Positions 1 through 14,086 of a DNA stretch of 64,000 nucleotides are shown here, piece by piece. This DNA comes from Octopus vulgaris. Its lineage: Eukaryota. The stretch lies in NCBI GenBank assembly GCA_951406725.2, contig OX597827.1:63736001-63800000 (forward strand). The letters are read 5' to 3'. Position numbers and translations under genes: made by a program. The notes beneath the pieces were generated by a model. It made no database searches and was not told the DNA's origin. It saw only the letters and a program-made list of their open reading frames with translations. The first letter of the stretch is position 1. Each line of letters opens with the position of its first letter.

Positions 1-249
1 GTATTAGTAGTGATTATATGGAGTGGTGGTGGTAGAGGTGATGGTGGTGGTGGCAGCAGGGGCAGCAGCAGTAAATTTGCTAGTAATGGTGGCATTACCT
101 GTGGAGATACAATGGTGATGGTAGTAGTAGTAGTAGTGGTAGTAGTAGTAGTAATGATACTGATGTTGTGATGGTGGTGGTGGTGGTGATGACAGTGGTG
201 TTTATGGTATTGTAAAAAAGGGGTATGCTTCATTATCATCATTGGCTGC

Positions 250-317
<68 letters not shown>

Positions 318-494
318 TCCCTGCAGTTGCCTCTGTTCTCAGTGTTTGCATCATCTGCCGTGTGTAAATTGATCGATTGTACATTGACTACACCTGCCCC
401 CCCCCCCCACCACCACCACCACTTCCTCCTCCATTACATTCATTATTGCTCCTGCCCCCCATCCCCCCCTCACTTTCTGTCTCTGTCTCTCTGA

Positions 495-536
<42 letters not shown>

Positions 537-781
537 TTCTGTCTTATTTCTTTCTCCTTACTCAATGCACCCTACTCTCTCTTGACCTCTTTTTCATTCA
601 TCCTTTCTTTCTCTCTCTCTCTCTCTTTCACTTTCTCGCCCTCTTTTTTCTTTCTTTCTCCTTTTCTCCTTCCGTTTTTCTCTCTCCATTTCTCTTATTC
701 TTTTTCTCTCACTTCTTTTTCTCTTTCTCTTCCCCCATTTCTCTATCTCCCTTTTTCTATTTCTTTTCCCCTTTCCCTCTT

Positions 782-840
<59 letters not shown>

Positions 841-1059
841 TGCCATACATATGTATATACAGGGCTTCTCTTCAGCCCTGGCTCTTCTTCCTACTTGTCT
901 ACAAACCTACCTAATTCCACTACTAACATCATCATCATCATCGTCATCATCATCATCGTCGTCATCATCATCATCATCATCACCATTGTTTACAGTATGC
1001 ATGTTCTCAGTTTTTGCATTCAGCATACATGACAATATTTTCTGTCATCATGCACCAAT

Positions 1060-1114
<55 letters not shown>

Positions 1115-1606
1115 ACTCTTGCTCTCTATCTCTTTCACTCTCTCTCTCTCTCTCTTTCTTGTCTTTTTTTCTTCCTTTACTGTCACCATCATTAGTTCAT
1201 CATTACCATCACCATCAATTTTAATCATCTTCGTCATCATCATCATTATCATCATCATCATCATGTATCTTCATCATTACCATCATCATCATTACCCTAA
1301 TCATCACCAACATCACTATCATCAGCATCATCACCATCATTGTCATCATCATTACCCTCAACATTACCACACCATTATCCCACATCATGCACTGATTTGT
1401 ATTGATATTGGTATAGGTAATGGTAATGATGGGGGTGGAGATAATGCTACTGGTGTTGATATTAGCATTGGTGGTAGTACCAGTGGTCTTCATCAGAGAG
1501 ATATTCATACTGTTGTTGCTGTAATTGTTTAATCAGTGAGCAGAGGTCTCGTTAGCATGCCAGACAAAGCACTTTGAGGCATTTCATCCATCTATTACAG
1601 GACACA

Positions 1607-2160
1607 TCATCATCATCATCATCATCGTTTAACATCCGCTTTCCATGCTAGCATGGGTTGGACGATTTAACTGAGGTCTGGCGAACCAGATGGCTGCACC
1701 AGACTCCAATCTGATCTGGCAGAGTTTCTACAGCTGGATGCCCTTCCTAATGCAAACCACCCCGAGAGTGTAGTGGCTGCTTTTACATGCCACCGGCACG
1801 CAGGCCAGTCAGGTGTACTGCAACAACCACGCTCAAATGGTGCTTTTTATGTGCCACCTGCACAGGAGCCAGTCCAGTGGCACAGGCAACGACCTCACTT
1901 GAATGCTTTTTCACGTGCCAGTAAGGCGACGCAGGTAATGATCACGCTCAAATGGTGCTTTTTATGTGCCACCTGCACAGGAGCCAGTCCAGTGGCACAG
2001 GCAACGACCTCACTTGAATGTTTTTTCACGTGCCAGTTAGGTGATGCAGGTAATGATCACGCTCCAGTGGTGCTTTTTAGGTGCCAGCTTGTTGCTCTGG
2101 CAACGATCACACTCGTATGGTACTCTTAGCGCTCCACTTGCACGGATGCCAGTCATCGAA
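1607..2160 (-). mobile_element. Family C retroposon (modular ~55-63 bp repeats, RTE-like tail, (GAT)n end)
   Basis: Tail TGGTTGGCGTTAGGAAGGGCATCCAGC...GGACGTTAAACGATGATGAT; copies at ~11573-11888(-), 20765-20955(+), 38810-39000(-), 41770-42110(-), 46160-46560(+), 50935-51318(+), 63180-63546(+). Confidence 0.85.
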
Positions 2161-4575
2161 TTTGATTTCGAAGTGCAATGATTTGTCCAGGGCCCTATAA
2201 TGGTGTTGTGATAGCCCTGATTACACCTGTGACCACCCTATCTTTTTAAGGAGAAATCAAAGACTATGCTATCCTGTTTTTGCTTTCCTTTTATAGGACA
2301 ACAAGGTTTGATTTGAGGGAGGCTTGACTACTATTTTTACCAGTTGCTTTGGTATTGCTGTTGATGGCTGTGGTGATAGTGCTACTGGTGTTGATAGTAA
2401 TATTGGTGGTATCAATACTACCAGTGGTTTTTATCAGTGGCATGGCTGTGTGGTAAGAAGCTTGCTTCTCAACCACATGGTTCTGGGTCCAGTCCCACTG
2501 CATGGCACCATGGGCATGTGTCTTCTTATTTCTTTATTGCCCACAAGGAGCTAAACACAGAGGGGACAAACAAGGACAGACGAAGGGATTAAGTTGATTG
2601 CATGGACCCCAGTGCGTAACTGGTACTTAATTTATTGATCCCAAAAGGATGAAAGGCAAAGTCGACCTCAGCGGAATTTGAACTCAGAATGTAAAGACAG
2701 GTGAAATATACTATGCATTTCACCTGGCATGCTAACGTTTCTACCAACTCACTACCTTTGTCTTCTGCTATAGTCTTGTGAGTGGATTTGGCAGACAGAA
2801 ACTGAAAGAAGCCCATCGTATATATATATATATATATATATATGCATATATTTCTGTGTCTGTATTTGTCCTTCCACCATCGCTTGACAACCGATATTGG
2901 TGTGTTTGCATCCCCGCAACTTAGCAGTTCGGCAAAAACAGGCCAATAGAGTAAGTACTAGGCTTAGAAAGAATAAGTCCTGGGGTTGATTTCTTCGGCT
3001 AAAGGCGGTGCCCCAGCATGGTCGCAGTCTAATGACTTAAGCAAATGAAAGATAACAGATGCACTGACGACAGTAATGGTATCGATGGTTGTAGATGGAA
3101 TCGCTTAGTAAATAGTTATGCGACATGCAACATAAGCAGTTGGGGTGAAGATTATCTGTACAGTTTATCATTTTACGGTGAACTCATTTCAATCAGTGGA
3201 CTATGGCTATGCTGAGAAACTGCCTTGAAGGGTTTTTAGGCAAACAAATCAACCCCAGGACTTAATTTTTCTTCTTTTTGGAGCCTGGCACTTATTCTGG
3301 AAGGTTTTAAATTTGATCACTTAAAAACTGGAAGTTTGTATCAGTGAGCCAGGAGCTTTTGATCACAGGTTAGTTTGAGCACTTCTGACACGGGGCTAAA
3401 CAATAACAATAACATCAACAACAACTGCTCACTAAACTATATCACACTTCATTATACCACGTCTATGTGCTCATATGACATTTTACAAGAAATAGCAGCT
3501 AAACCTCCCTCATATCATACCCCATTCTTGGTGTAATCCAGGAAAGATGAGATGGAGATGGTCATGACTGGAATGATTTTGATCATGGATCTGTTCAATA
3601 AGAGCTAATCTGGGGTCTAAACAACAACTAAATAATACAGTTCTATATTTAAGAGGTGTAAATAATGTAAATGATTTCATAGGCGCAGGAGTGGCTGTGT
3701 GGTATATAAGGGGGATGTAAAGAAACCAGTATGTGCTGCCAAGTGGTTGTGGTTGGGCCCTACAGTGTTCATTTACTGACAGCAAGCCATGGTATAAATA
3801 GATTAGAATTGGGACCCTAGTCCCTTGAGACCCAATGTATGCCCAAGCCTTGAGATGCCAGTAGATGTCAATACCCTTGATTATGGTTATGCTCATTCAG
3901 AGCTGACCTAGGGTTGAACAGCAATGTCAGCATCACTGCCACTAACATCAGCATTAACATCAATGTGACTACCTTTCCCACCAGGACCACTACCACCACC
4001 ACTACCACCACATTGGCACTGGAATGAAAACCACAACATCACTATAGTTGTCACCACCAACACCACCACCACCATCATCATCACAATACAAATTTCTTAG
4101 ATCTATATTTTCCTTTCTGTCTATACAATTATCTCCCCTGTCAGTCTCTGCATGTCTGTCTCTTTGGGTGTCTGTCTGTGCGTCTATCTCTGTCTTCCGG
4201 CTATCGTTTTGTCACTCACGAGCATGCATCTATTTGTCACACTTCCTCTAAATCTCTCTCATTCTTTTCCCTTCTCTATCTATAGACTTCACTTTCTCAT
4301 ACTCTCTCTCTCTCTCTCTCTCTGCCTGCAAATGCATGTGTTTATGTGTCTATATGTGTGTGTGTGTGTGTATATTTATATGTATATGTACATTGATGTA
4401 TATATATTTATGTGTGTGTATGTGTACATACATATACATACATATATATATATATACATTTATATGTATACACACATGTATATATGCATATCATATCTAC
4501 ATATATGCATAGTTAAATATGTGTGTGTGTACATACATATACATATATATATATATATGTATGTATGTATATGTA

Positions 4576-4611
<36 letters not shown>

Positions 4612-4700
4612 TACATATATATATATATATACCCACATTTATATGTATACACACATGTACATATGCATATCATATCTACATATATGCATAGTTAAATATA

Positions 4701-4746
<46 letters not shown>

Positions 4747-4875
4747 TACATCTATATATATTTGTTTACAAACACACATCTATATGTTATTATATAATAC
4801 ATTTAGCAATACACACATATATATATATATATGTATTACTATGTTCTCATTTGCGACTAGCAGTAGTACTACTAC

Positions 4876-4906
<31 letters not shown>

Positions 4907-5537
4907 GGGGCAGTTATTGCAGTTGTGGTGTAGATGGTTTGTTTTGTGATGAATGTGATGAGGAAAGGGGTATGCAGAAGTATTACATTACCTGATTAGC
5001 CATCAATCACATGACTAGTCACCTGACTGATCACATGTTTGGGTCAGACCAACTTTTAATAAATATAGAAAAATAGAAAAAAAAAATGGAAAAATTACAG
5101 GAAATATGTTTTTCTTTTGCTTTATGCTTTTTTTCCATCGCTTCTTTTTTTTTTTAATTCATTTCTTGTTTATTTTCTGTTATAATAATAATTTTTTTTA
5201 CCATTCTTTTTCTAATTAATTTTTATTCTTAATATAATTATTTCACATTGATCGATTGGGTCTGTTGACACCTCTCACATGCAACGTTCTTCACTTTATA
5301 TAACAACAAGAAAGAAGCAATATTTTTGTTGTATTTTTTTAAAGATAATTTTTTTTTTTATTTATTGTTTGTTTTCATTATACTATGAATCCTAATTGTA
5401 ATTAAGGAAGCTTCAGAGGATTTAACTGAATTTATTCTTCAGTTATCAATTATATGCAATTGTTATATGCTAAACAAAAGACCAAGTATTCAGCAATTCT
5501 ACAATAGAGCTCAAAATAATTTCATTGAATTATCACA

Positions 5538-5594
<57 letters not shown>

Positions 5595-5629
5595 GTCTGT
5601 CTGTCTGTCTGTCCGTCTATCTATCTGAC

Positions 5630-5685
<56 letters not shown>

Positions 5686-5908
5686 TACGCTATAATATAT
5701 ACATACATGTTTATATATATATATACATGCATAGTACATACACACATACAAATACACATACATAAATACATGCGTACATACAGTCGTCAACTGTGTATAT
5801 GTATACACAGTATATATATTATATTTATACAATGTATGTTCTTACATATATAAGGTAATCAAGATTGTTTATTTATAATATATCTATATATTTATATATG
5901 TGTATGAA

Positions 5909-5965
<57 letters not shown>

Positions 5966-6155
5966 TATGATTTACACACACACACACTGATATGAATGTG
6001 TGTATGTTTATGTATGTATATGTGTGTGTGTGTGTGCATGTATGCACATGAAACATGACTGTGTTTCAGTTTTGGTCTTTTAATTAATTATTCATTTTTC
6101 TTAATTCCTCATTAATCTTTCGCATCTGGTTTGAAGCAATAACTATTTTAAGCTA

Positions 6156-6194
6156 TTAATATTTCTAGACCTTCTCAGCCTTGTCGTCAGGATG
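6156..6194 (-). ncRNA. Hammerhead-like core with weak stem I
   Basis: CTGACGA-CA-AGGCT(GAGAA)GGTCT-A-GAAA-TA-TT. Confidence 0.35.
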
Positions 6195-6481
6195 ATGTGA
6201 TTGTTAGTGACACTTTTTACTTGTATTTCTAATGGACAAAACATGAAATAATGGAAAGTATGGTTGTTGTTTAGCCCCTGGTCAGATCACACCCTATCAG
6301 ACAATAAGGGGTAAACAATCAAACAGCCTTATCGCACCCTACTGTTTGGTTGAGTATAAAGAGTGTGATGTGTAAAGGATTTGGTTGCTTGGTAACCAGA
6401 TAGAGGTCCCCTTGACATAGTGTGTGGTGCTACTTGTATTGGCTATGTATAAATATATGTAGTATGCTTTTTATATTTTTT

Positions 6482-6524
<43 letters not shown>

Positions 6525-7089
6525 ATCATGTGACCGACTAGACCATCAGATGTTGTTACACATCGCTGGTCACAATGCGTTCGCATTGTTTTAGCCTTCG
6601 AATGATGCCACCCCGCTGGCTAAGCGAGCAGGCCAACAGAAGAAAGAGTGGTGAAAGAGTACACCACCCCCTGCCGGAGCCTCGTGGAGCTTTTAGGTGT
6701 TTTCGCTCAATAAACACTCACAACGCCTGGTCTGGGAATCGAATCCGCGATCCTGCGACCGCGAGTCCGCTGCCCTAACCACTAGGCCATTGCGCCTCCA
6801 CACACACACATATATATATATATACTTTCAATTAGAGGTTAAAAATAGCTTCATTAAGAGATAGTAATATCCCATGAATTACTGGTTCATTGCTTATTAT
6901 TTTGAGTCTGCTAAGAGGATTTGAAAACAGAGTATCTCTTCTACCCTTCTGATGCGATTTTGCTTAATACAGAGATTTAATTATTTTAATTTAATCTTTT
7001 AGGCAAAATTGAAACAGCTGTAAGAGAATACATTGGACTTTTGCAGATAATAAATTATATCGACATTACATTTCTATTTTATAAATTTT

Positions 7090-7169
<80 letters not shown>

Positions 7170-7518
7170 TGTTATGTAGGTAGTTAGTGTATTATTTAAT
7201 TTCTAATTGGGAATTCCTTATATGTCTATTAACATGTAAAACTTTGTAATTTCTATTAGGAAATGAAACATGTGTAATGGTGAATAAATCTTAGCAAGAA
7301 ATCTCCAATTCCTTGTTTTGTTGTAAGTGTATCTGTATGTATGCATGTATATAAGAAGAGGTGGAAGGGATTAATAAATTAAAGCAGATATCTCAAAGGC
7401 ATTCAGGTATTAAGCGAATTTGGTTATCTACATCAAACAATCAGATATGAATGAATTCAGATGGAATTAACATCCAAGGTAATTCCTCTTGTATGATTTT
7501 CAGAAATTCAGAGAATAT

Positions 7519-7725
7519 AACATGAAGACGGGTGGAGAAAATCACATTTTTAATTGACGATTACACCATACATTACTGACAATAACATTGCATTGGTATA
7601 AATTTACAGATATACCAGTTTGACTGGTATTTGGTATCTACATATGCTGGCAGAATGGAAATGACTGTTGGTAAGTGTATGGTGTAATCGTCAAAGATGT
7701 GATTTTCTCCATTCTTCTACATGTT
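7519..7725. repeat. Inverted-repeat element with ~55-bp arms
   Basis: TGGAGAAAATCACAT..TTGACGATTACACCATAC / GTATGGTGTAATCGTCAA..ATGTGATTTTCTCCA. Confidence 0.8.
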
Positions 7726-8010
7726 CTATCATCACTGTTTAACGTCCACCTTCCATGCTGATGTGGGTGGTATGGTTTGACAGGAGCCAGTCAGGCTTCT
7801 GTGACTGATTTGGCAGGATTTTTACAGTTGGATGCCCTTTAAGAGATGTAAATAATGTAAATAATTTTATAGGCACAGGAGTGGCTGTGTGGTAAGTAGC
7901 TTGCTAACGAATGACATGTGTGGCACCTTGGGCAAGTGTCTTCTACTATAGCCTCAGGCCGACCGAAGCTTTGTGAGTGGATTTGGTAGACGGAAACTGA
8001 AAGAAGCCCA

Positions 8011-8058
<48 letters not shown>

Positions 8059-8520
8059 GTATGTGTGTGTGTGTGTGATTTTATGTCTGTGTTTGTCCCT
8101 CCACACTGTTTGAGTACTGGTGCTGGTCTGTTTAAGTTCCCATAACTTAATGGTTTGGCACAAAGGAGCGATGTAGTATGTACCAGGCTTGAAAAAAGAA
8201 CAAAAAGAGATAAAAATTGAAGTCAGTATATATTCAACAAAAAAAGTTCTTCAAGGTGGTGCCCCAGCATGGCCATAATCCAATAACTAAAGCTAGTTAA
8301 AAAAATGAAGATACTAAATTCTTTGTTTTTTTCAAAATTAACTGAAACAAATGGCAGTGGAAATATGGTACAAAAAGGGTTAATTATGGCCTCCTTTCAG
8401 AGCATAAACTGATTGAGCTGACCCCATTTTTCTGGATGTTATTATACTGACTCAGACCAACCTAAGTCGCTCTGGAAAATTAGTGATTATATCCAATTAT
8501 CAAGAAATAGTATTTCTAAG

Positions 8521-9120
8521 ACTGCAAGCTGGCAGAAACGTTAGCACGTCGGGCAAAAGGCTTAGCGGTATTTCATCTGCCACGACGTTCTGAGTTCAAA
8601 TTCCGCCGAGATCGACTTTGCCTTTCATCCTTTCGGGGTCAATTAAATAAGTACCAGTTACACACTGGGGTCGATATAATCGACTTAATCCGTTTGTCTG
8701 TCCTTGTTTGTCCTCTCTGTGTTTAGTCCCTTGTGGGTAGTAAAGAAATAGGTATTTCATCTGCCATTACGTTCTGAGTTCAAATTCCACCAAGGTCGAC
8801 TTTGCCTTTCATCCTTTCGGGGGTCAATTAAATAAGTACCAGTTACACACTGGGGTCGATATAATCGACTTAATCCGTTTGTCTGTCCTTGTTTGTCCTC
8901 TCTGTGTTTAGTCCCTTGTGGGTAGTAAAGAAATAGGTATTTCATCTGCCATTACGTTCTGAGTTCAAATTCCACCAAGGTCGACTTTGCCTTTCATCCT
9001 TTCGGGGGTCAATTAAATAAGTACCAGTTACACACTGGGGTCGATATAATCGACTTAATCCATTTGTCTGGCCTTGTTTGTTCCCTCTGTGTGTAGCCCC
9101 TTGTGGGAAATAAAGAAATA
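8521..9120 (+). mobile_element. SINE family B with its body triplicated in tandem (~185-bp units)
   Basis: Units start GGTATTTCATCTGCC at ~8567, 8751, 8936; conserved core GACTTTGCCTTTCATCCTTTCGGGGTC (Meta-domain-like, from memory); candidate TSD AAGAAATAGTATT. Confidence 0.85.
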
Positions 9121-9543
9121 AGAAATAGTATTCCTGTCACTTCAACTCAACATCTCTCCCCTCTAAACCATTCCGTATCGCATCAAGCAAATGTTGTATG
9201 GGGAATTTGTACACACATCCCCTCTGTGACTGGCTAAGTGAACTATACCAGTTAGTATAAATGAGCATGCACAGCACAGTCTGAGAAGATTATCATATGC
9301 ACAGTCGTAGTGTACAGGTCGTAGGAATTATTGAACAGACATATTCTGGAGTGCTTGTTGAGGATACACAGTTGGGAAGTAATAAGATAACATCAGGGAT
9401 GTTTGATATTATAACAGTTCAGAGATAACAGTGACGATAGAATAAGTACTAGAATAAGTCTTGTGGGGTCGATTTGGTCGACTAAAGGCAGTGCTCCAGC
9501 ATGGCCACAGTCAAATGACTGAAACAAGTAAAAGAGTAAAAGA

Positions 9544-9591
<48 letters not shown>

Positions 9592-9600
9592 ATATATATA

Positions 9601-9781
9601 TAGGCAAGGAAAAATTATAAAAAGGCAGGTAAATTTTGAAGGTAAATTTTAATGAAAATTGGAGTCTGGAAAATTTTAAAAACTTTTTTTTTTAAATATT
9701 TTAAAATTTTCCATACACCCATTTTCATTAAAATTTACCTTCAATTTAGCATTCTGCCTTTTTATAATTTTTCCTTGCCTA
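9601..9781. repeat. AT-rich fold-back / MITE-like palindrome in a (TA)n tract
   Basis: TAGGCAAGGAAAAATTATAAAAAGGCAG...GAAGGTAAATTTTAATGAAAAT mirrored at the other end. Confidence 0.85.
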
Positions 9782-9825
9782 TCATTTCTCCACGTGCAGT
9801 CAACACAACCCCACCATTTATTGAT

Positions 9826-9863
<38 letters not shown>

Positions 9864-10930
9864 GCACACACATACAAACACACACACACACACACGTACA
9901 CATACATGTAAGTATTTATGTATGTATATGCATGTGAGTGTGTATGTATGTAAATATATAATGAGTTTCTGTCGGTTTCCAGTTACCATATACACACACT
10001 GCTTTAGTTTAACCTGAGTTATAAGTAGAAGACACATGACCCAGGTACCACACATTTGGACTGAACCCAGAACCACATAGTTGGGAAGTGAACTTCTTAA
10101 CCATACATCCATACTTGCACCTGTGTTAGTTAGTTGTAAGGTAAATGCTGAATGACATTTTCAGTACTACCCTCCCATTTCTCCCCTGGTACATTAATTA
10201 ACGAGATCAGTGAGGTGGCCTTTACATGGTTGTTTCACTCGCTAGAAATAGATACCAAATCTCATCTCTCAAATTACACCTATATCATCTTAGAAAAGCA
10301 TACATGCGTGTGTGTGTGTGTTTTGTAGAATATAATTTTGAGTTACCTGGAAAAGATGAAGATGTGTTTGTTTGCTGGAATGCCTTTGATCATAGGCCTA
10401 CTCGATCAGGATAGACCTGGGGTTAAAACAACAACTAATTAATGTTGATATTGATTTTCTATGCATGAATTAATCAGAAAGTGTGCAACAAATTAATTTA
10501 CTAATTAATATTATTTATGGACTAGGGGTTACACCTGGCACAAGAACTGATGTCTCTAACATTCACATCTGGCACAGCTTCTGCTGAAGTGAAGTAATTT
10601 CATGCTTCTACCACATGGTCTGCTATTTTATTAACAAACCTCACTCCCACGGAGAGGAAGGAACCATGACTGTCAGTTTCTGCTGTTACTTACTCCACTA
10701 GAAAGTTTCAAGTATTTTGGTTATAAACACAGCATATATAATAAAAGCAGCAAGAGGTAGGTGTGGAGGTGGTGGTGATGGTGGTGGTGGAGGGGGTTAT
10801 GAATATCACATTTACAAGCCAATGCCAGAATTTTACTCTCTTTCACTATCTCTCTGTCTATCTCTTTCTCTCTTTCTCAATATATGTGTGGATGCATGTG
10901 TATATATATATATATATAAGTATATGTCTA

Positions 10931-10983
<53 letters not shown>

Positions 10984-11031
10984 AAACAAGTCAAGATAGA
11001 AAATGCTAAAATAATTTTATAAAGAACATTT

Positions 11032-11068
11032 CAGTACCGGTTTCCGTCATTTGAGACCTTTTCAGCTA
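11032..11068 (-). ncRNA. Minimal hammerhead-like motif
   Basis: TAG-CTGAAAA-GGTC(TCAAAT)GACG-GAAAC-CG-GTA-CTG; palindromic stem III ACCGGT. Confidence 0.6.
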
Positions 11069-12881
11069 TATATATATATATATATAGGTCGTCATCAACT
11101 TATGGCCTGTCTAACGACCGATCAACTTTATGACAATTGGCAAGCCGGCCCCTGGCAGCAATTATAAATAGTCCAGTTGAAACCTGATGGGTTTAATTTC
11201 TTAGAAATTATCCCGTTTACGGATGACATCAGTTCACAAACGCCCACCCTAGGTTTGGTTATCGATCACCACTGTGGTTATCCCAAGTGTTGGATGAATA
11301 TCCTGTCACAGAGACATCGAGCTAACCTCATATTTGTTTATAAGATAACTGCTTCAGACTCCAAACAAATAACACTGTTGTACTATAATACAGAATTCTG
11401 TGTGTGACTTTTACCTGAGAATGTAAATTAAAATTTAAAAATATAAAACAAAGCTATGTAGGCCTATAGGCTGACTTACAACCAAATCAGCTCAGTTGGA
11501 ACCAATTGTGGTCATAAGTCAATGACAACCTGTGTTTATATATATTTATATGTACGTGCATATGTGTATATATCATCATCATCAGCGTTTAACGTCCGCT
11601 TTCCATGCTGGCATGGGTTGGACAGTTTGACTGAGGAATGGTGAGCCAGAAGCTGCACCAGGCTCCAGTCTGATCTGACAAAGTTTCTACAGCTGGCTGC
11701 CCTTCCTAACGTCAACCACTCCGAGAGTGTAGTGGGTGCTTTTACGTGAGGCCAGCATGAGGGCCAGTTAGGCAGTTCTGGCAAAGACCACACTCAAAAG
11801 GTGTTTTCTACGTGCTACCTGCACGGGAGCCAGTCCAGCAGCACTGGCAACAACCACGCTCGAATGTTGTTTTTCACATGCCACCGGCACATATATATAT
11901 ATATGTATATATATATATATGAAGGCACATGGCTCAGTGGTTAGAGCGTCGAGCTTACAAATGTGAGGTTGTTGTGTGTTCTTGAGCAAGACACTTTATT
12001 TCACATTGCTCCAGTTCACTCAGCTATAGAAATGAGTTGCAACGTCACAGGTGCCAAGCTGTATCGGCCTTTGCCTTTCCCTTGGATAACACTAGTGGTG
12101 TAGAGAGGTGAGGCTGGTATGCATGGGCGACTACTGGTCTTCCATAAACAGCTTTGCCCGGACTTGTGCCTGGGAGGGTAACTTTCTTGGTGCAATCCCA
12201 TGGTCAGTCAAGACCAAAGGGGATCTCAGCATATATGTAAGTATATATGCGAATATTGATTTCAAATTTTGACAAAAGACCAGCAATTTCAGGGGTATGG
12301 GTTAAGTTGATTATATCAACCTATGCACAAATGTTTTCTTATTTTATTGACCCTAAAAGGACAAAAAGTATAGTCAACTTCAGCAGAATTTGAACTCAGA
12401 ATATTATGACAAACAAAATGGCACTAGAATTTGGCCTGGCTTGCTAACAATTTTGCCAGCTCATTACCTTTATGTATTTGAGTTCCAATATTTTAAATCT
12501 GGGTTTGTACCCGTTAACGGGGATGGCCGAACCTACCTCCCTCTTACAGCAACCGCTCTCACACCATCTTGCCACCCTGCCTGGTTCCCAACCTCACCCC
12601 AAGCTTCTCCTCAGACCGTAGGCCATCATAAGGCAAGTCATGCTTGCGCAACCCAGGATGAGGGTTTGTACCTTCCTTTCTGAGGTAGGCAGGTGCAGCC
12701 TACCCCAACCTTTGGGCTGGTGGGTACCCATGCTTCTTTGCTATTGTCATGAGGCTTTTTCGAAGCAGGACCACTCGTGTCAAGAAACCACAGTTTCTAG
12801 ACACGAGTCTTCTTGTCAAACCTCTAAGTTATGGGGGTGTAAACAAACACTAGTTTTTAAGTGGTGGTGAGAAAACAAACA

Positions 12882-12917
<36 letters not shown>

Positions 12918-13234
12918 CAATAGGCTTCTACAGAGTTTCCATCTACCAAATTCACACACAAGGCATTGGTTCGCCAGGGGCTGTAGTAGAAAGCACTTGC
13001 CTGAGGTACTGTACTGTGGGACTGAATCTGAAACCATGTGGTTGCAAAGCAGATTTCTTAATCACACACAAAAAAATAAATATATGAACATACACACACA
13101 CAAGGCAGTGAGCTGGCAGAGTCATTAGCACACTGAGCTAAATGTTTAGTAGCATTTCTTGCAGCTCTTTATAAAATGGCGGTGCCCCAGCATGGCCACA
13201 GCTCATAAGCTGAAACTGGAAAAATCAAAATCAA

Positions 13235-13278
<44 letters not shown>

Positions 13279-13639
13279 GGCACATGGCTCAGTGGTTAGA
13301 GCGTCGAGCTTACAAATGTGAGGTTGTTGTGTGTTCTTGAGCAAGACACTTTATTTCACATTGCTCCAGTTCACTCAGCTATAGAAATGAGTTGCAACGT
13401 CACAGGTGCCAAGCTGTATCAGCCTTTGCCTTTCCCTTGGATAACACTAGTGGTGTAGAGAGGTGAGGCTGGTATGCATGGGCGACTACTGGTCTTCCAT
13501 AAACAACTTTGCCCGGACTTGTACCTGGGAGGGTAACTTTCTTGGTGCAATCCCATGGTCAGTCATGACCAAAGGGGATCTCAGCATATATATAAGTATA
13601 TATGTGAATATTGATTTTAAATTTTGGCTAAAGACACTC

Positions 13640-13693
<54 letters not shown>

Positions 13694-14049
13694 GTCTGTA
13701 TAATATGTATCAATGGATGGATGGATGACCTACTTGCCTAACTAGCAGGGTGGCATCATTTGAAGGCTAATAGGATGCAACATGCATTGTGAGCAGCGAT
13801 GTGTAGCATCTGATAGTCTGGTTGATCAATGATCATGTGTTTCATGTGTGTGTGTTTGTGTATTTTAAACAATCTTAACGATATCGTAGGTATAGAAGTG
13901 GCTGTGTGGTAAGTAGCTTGCTTACGAACCACATGGTTCCGGGTTCATTCTCACTGCATGGCACCTTGGACAAGTGTCTTCTCCTATAGCCTCGGATCGA
14001 CCAAAGCCTTGTGAGTGGATTTGGCAAACAGAAACTGAAAGAAGCTTGT

Positions 14050-14086
<37 letters not shown>

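Noticed and set aside
202-1532. Long ORFs with poly-L/A/Q/S/H (CAG/CAA, CT and CAT repeats)
   Set aside because: Mosaic of trinucleotide and CT microsatellites; no convincing splice sites or domain content
1775-2150. CRISPR-like repeat-spacer appearance
   Set aside because: Eukaryotic context, spacers recur, no cas genes; the array is internal to a dispersed retroposon
6730-6800. tRNA-like sequences (also ~27698, 29187, 29632, 43290)
   Set aside because: SINE heads continuing into shared bodies; no complete cloverleaf or terminator
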